A stretch of 64,000 bases of DNA from Lingula anatina (taxonomy: Eukaryota; Animalia; Brachiopoda): the NCBI GenBank assembly GCA_051362555.1, contig CM120641.1, positions 37,578,401 to 37,642,400 on the forward strand, given 5' to 3'. Positions 63,660 through 64,000 of the stretch are shown here, one piece after another. A program made the position numbers and the translations under genes. Within the stretch, counting starts at the first letter, position 1; each line of letters starts with the position of its first letter. The notes below the pieces were generated by a model, which worked only from the letters and a program-made list of their open reading frames with translations, was not told the DNA's origin and did no database searches.

Positions 63660-64000
63660 CCTGTTAGCCGTGATACGGAACCAGGATTGGTTCAACGTGC
63701 ACACACGCACACAGCACGGGCGGATGTTCAAGTTTGCATTGATGGGAGTCTAATTTTTTTCTGTCGGAAGACTGTCAAAATGGAGGATGGATCAACAAAG
63801 ATAATTTGGAAGACTATCAGAGAATATCTGTAGATCCGCCCCTGAGTCACACACACATACACGACTTGAGTATCGTCATCTCTCGGGTCTAATCTACGCC
63901 CGCCACATGCCGTAAAAAGCCGGGATTGGATAGGACCGTCTCTGACGTATTCAAACAGATTGTTGATAAAACTGAACTGCTGAGTAGATGCAGTAGTAGA
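63660..64000. promoter_or_regulatory. CpG-rich promoter-like region of an unidentified neighbouring transcript
   Basis: Abrupt CpG enrichment, ATTGG (CCAAT) boxes at ~63686 and ~63925, GC-box-like ccgcccc and cgcccgcc, TGACGT, and YY1-like AAAATGG. Confidence 0.5.

Overview
AT-rich eukaryotic genomic DNA from an intron-rich invertebrate animal. Intron positions are vertebrate-like, gene bodies are CpG-depleted, and promoters and transposons are CpG-rich. A lophotrochozoan or invertebrate deuterostome is plausible, but the taxon cannot be fixed from sequence alone. I reconstructed exon chains by hand with consistent GT-AG sites and phases. The window holds: the 5' part of GFAT/GFPT (minus strand, runs off the left edge) head-to-head with a complete 13-exon DNA polymerase beta (337 aa); a complete 3-exon 4E-BP (123 aa); a tRNA-Thr(TGT); and a complete 32-exon ANKHD1/ANKRD17/Mask gene (about 2836 aa). 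Introns carry several MITEs (one nested), a 1.9 kb non-autonomous DNA transposon and simple repeats. The most notable observations are the 4E-BP/Mask linkage in the reverse order to the vertebrate ANKHD1-EIF4EBP3 readthrough locus, a cluster of candidate micro-exons and a poison exon in the GFAT linker, a PAM2-like motif in Mask, and ATF4/FOXO-type sites in 4E-BP intron 1. No wholly new enzymatic system is demonstrable; the findings are regulatory or evolutionary hypotheses. All coordinates were hand-counted.
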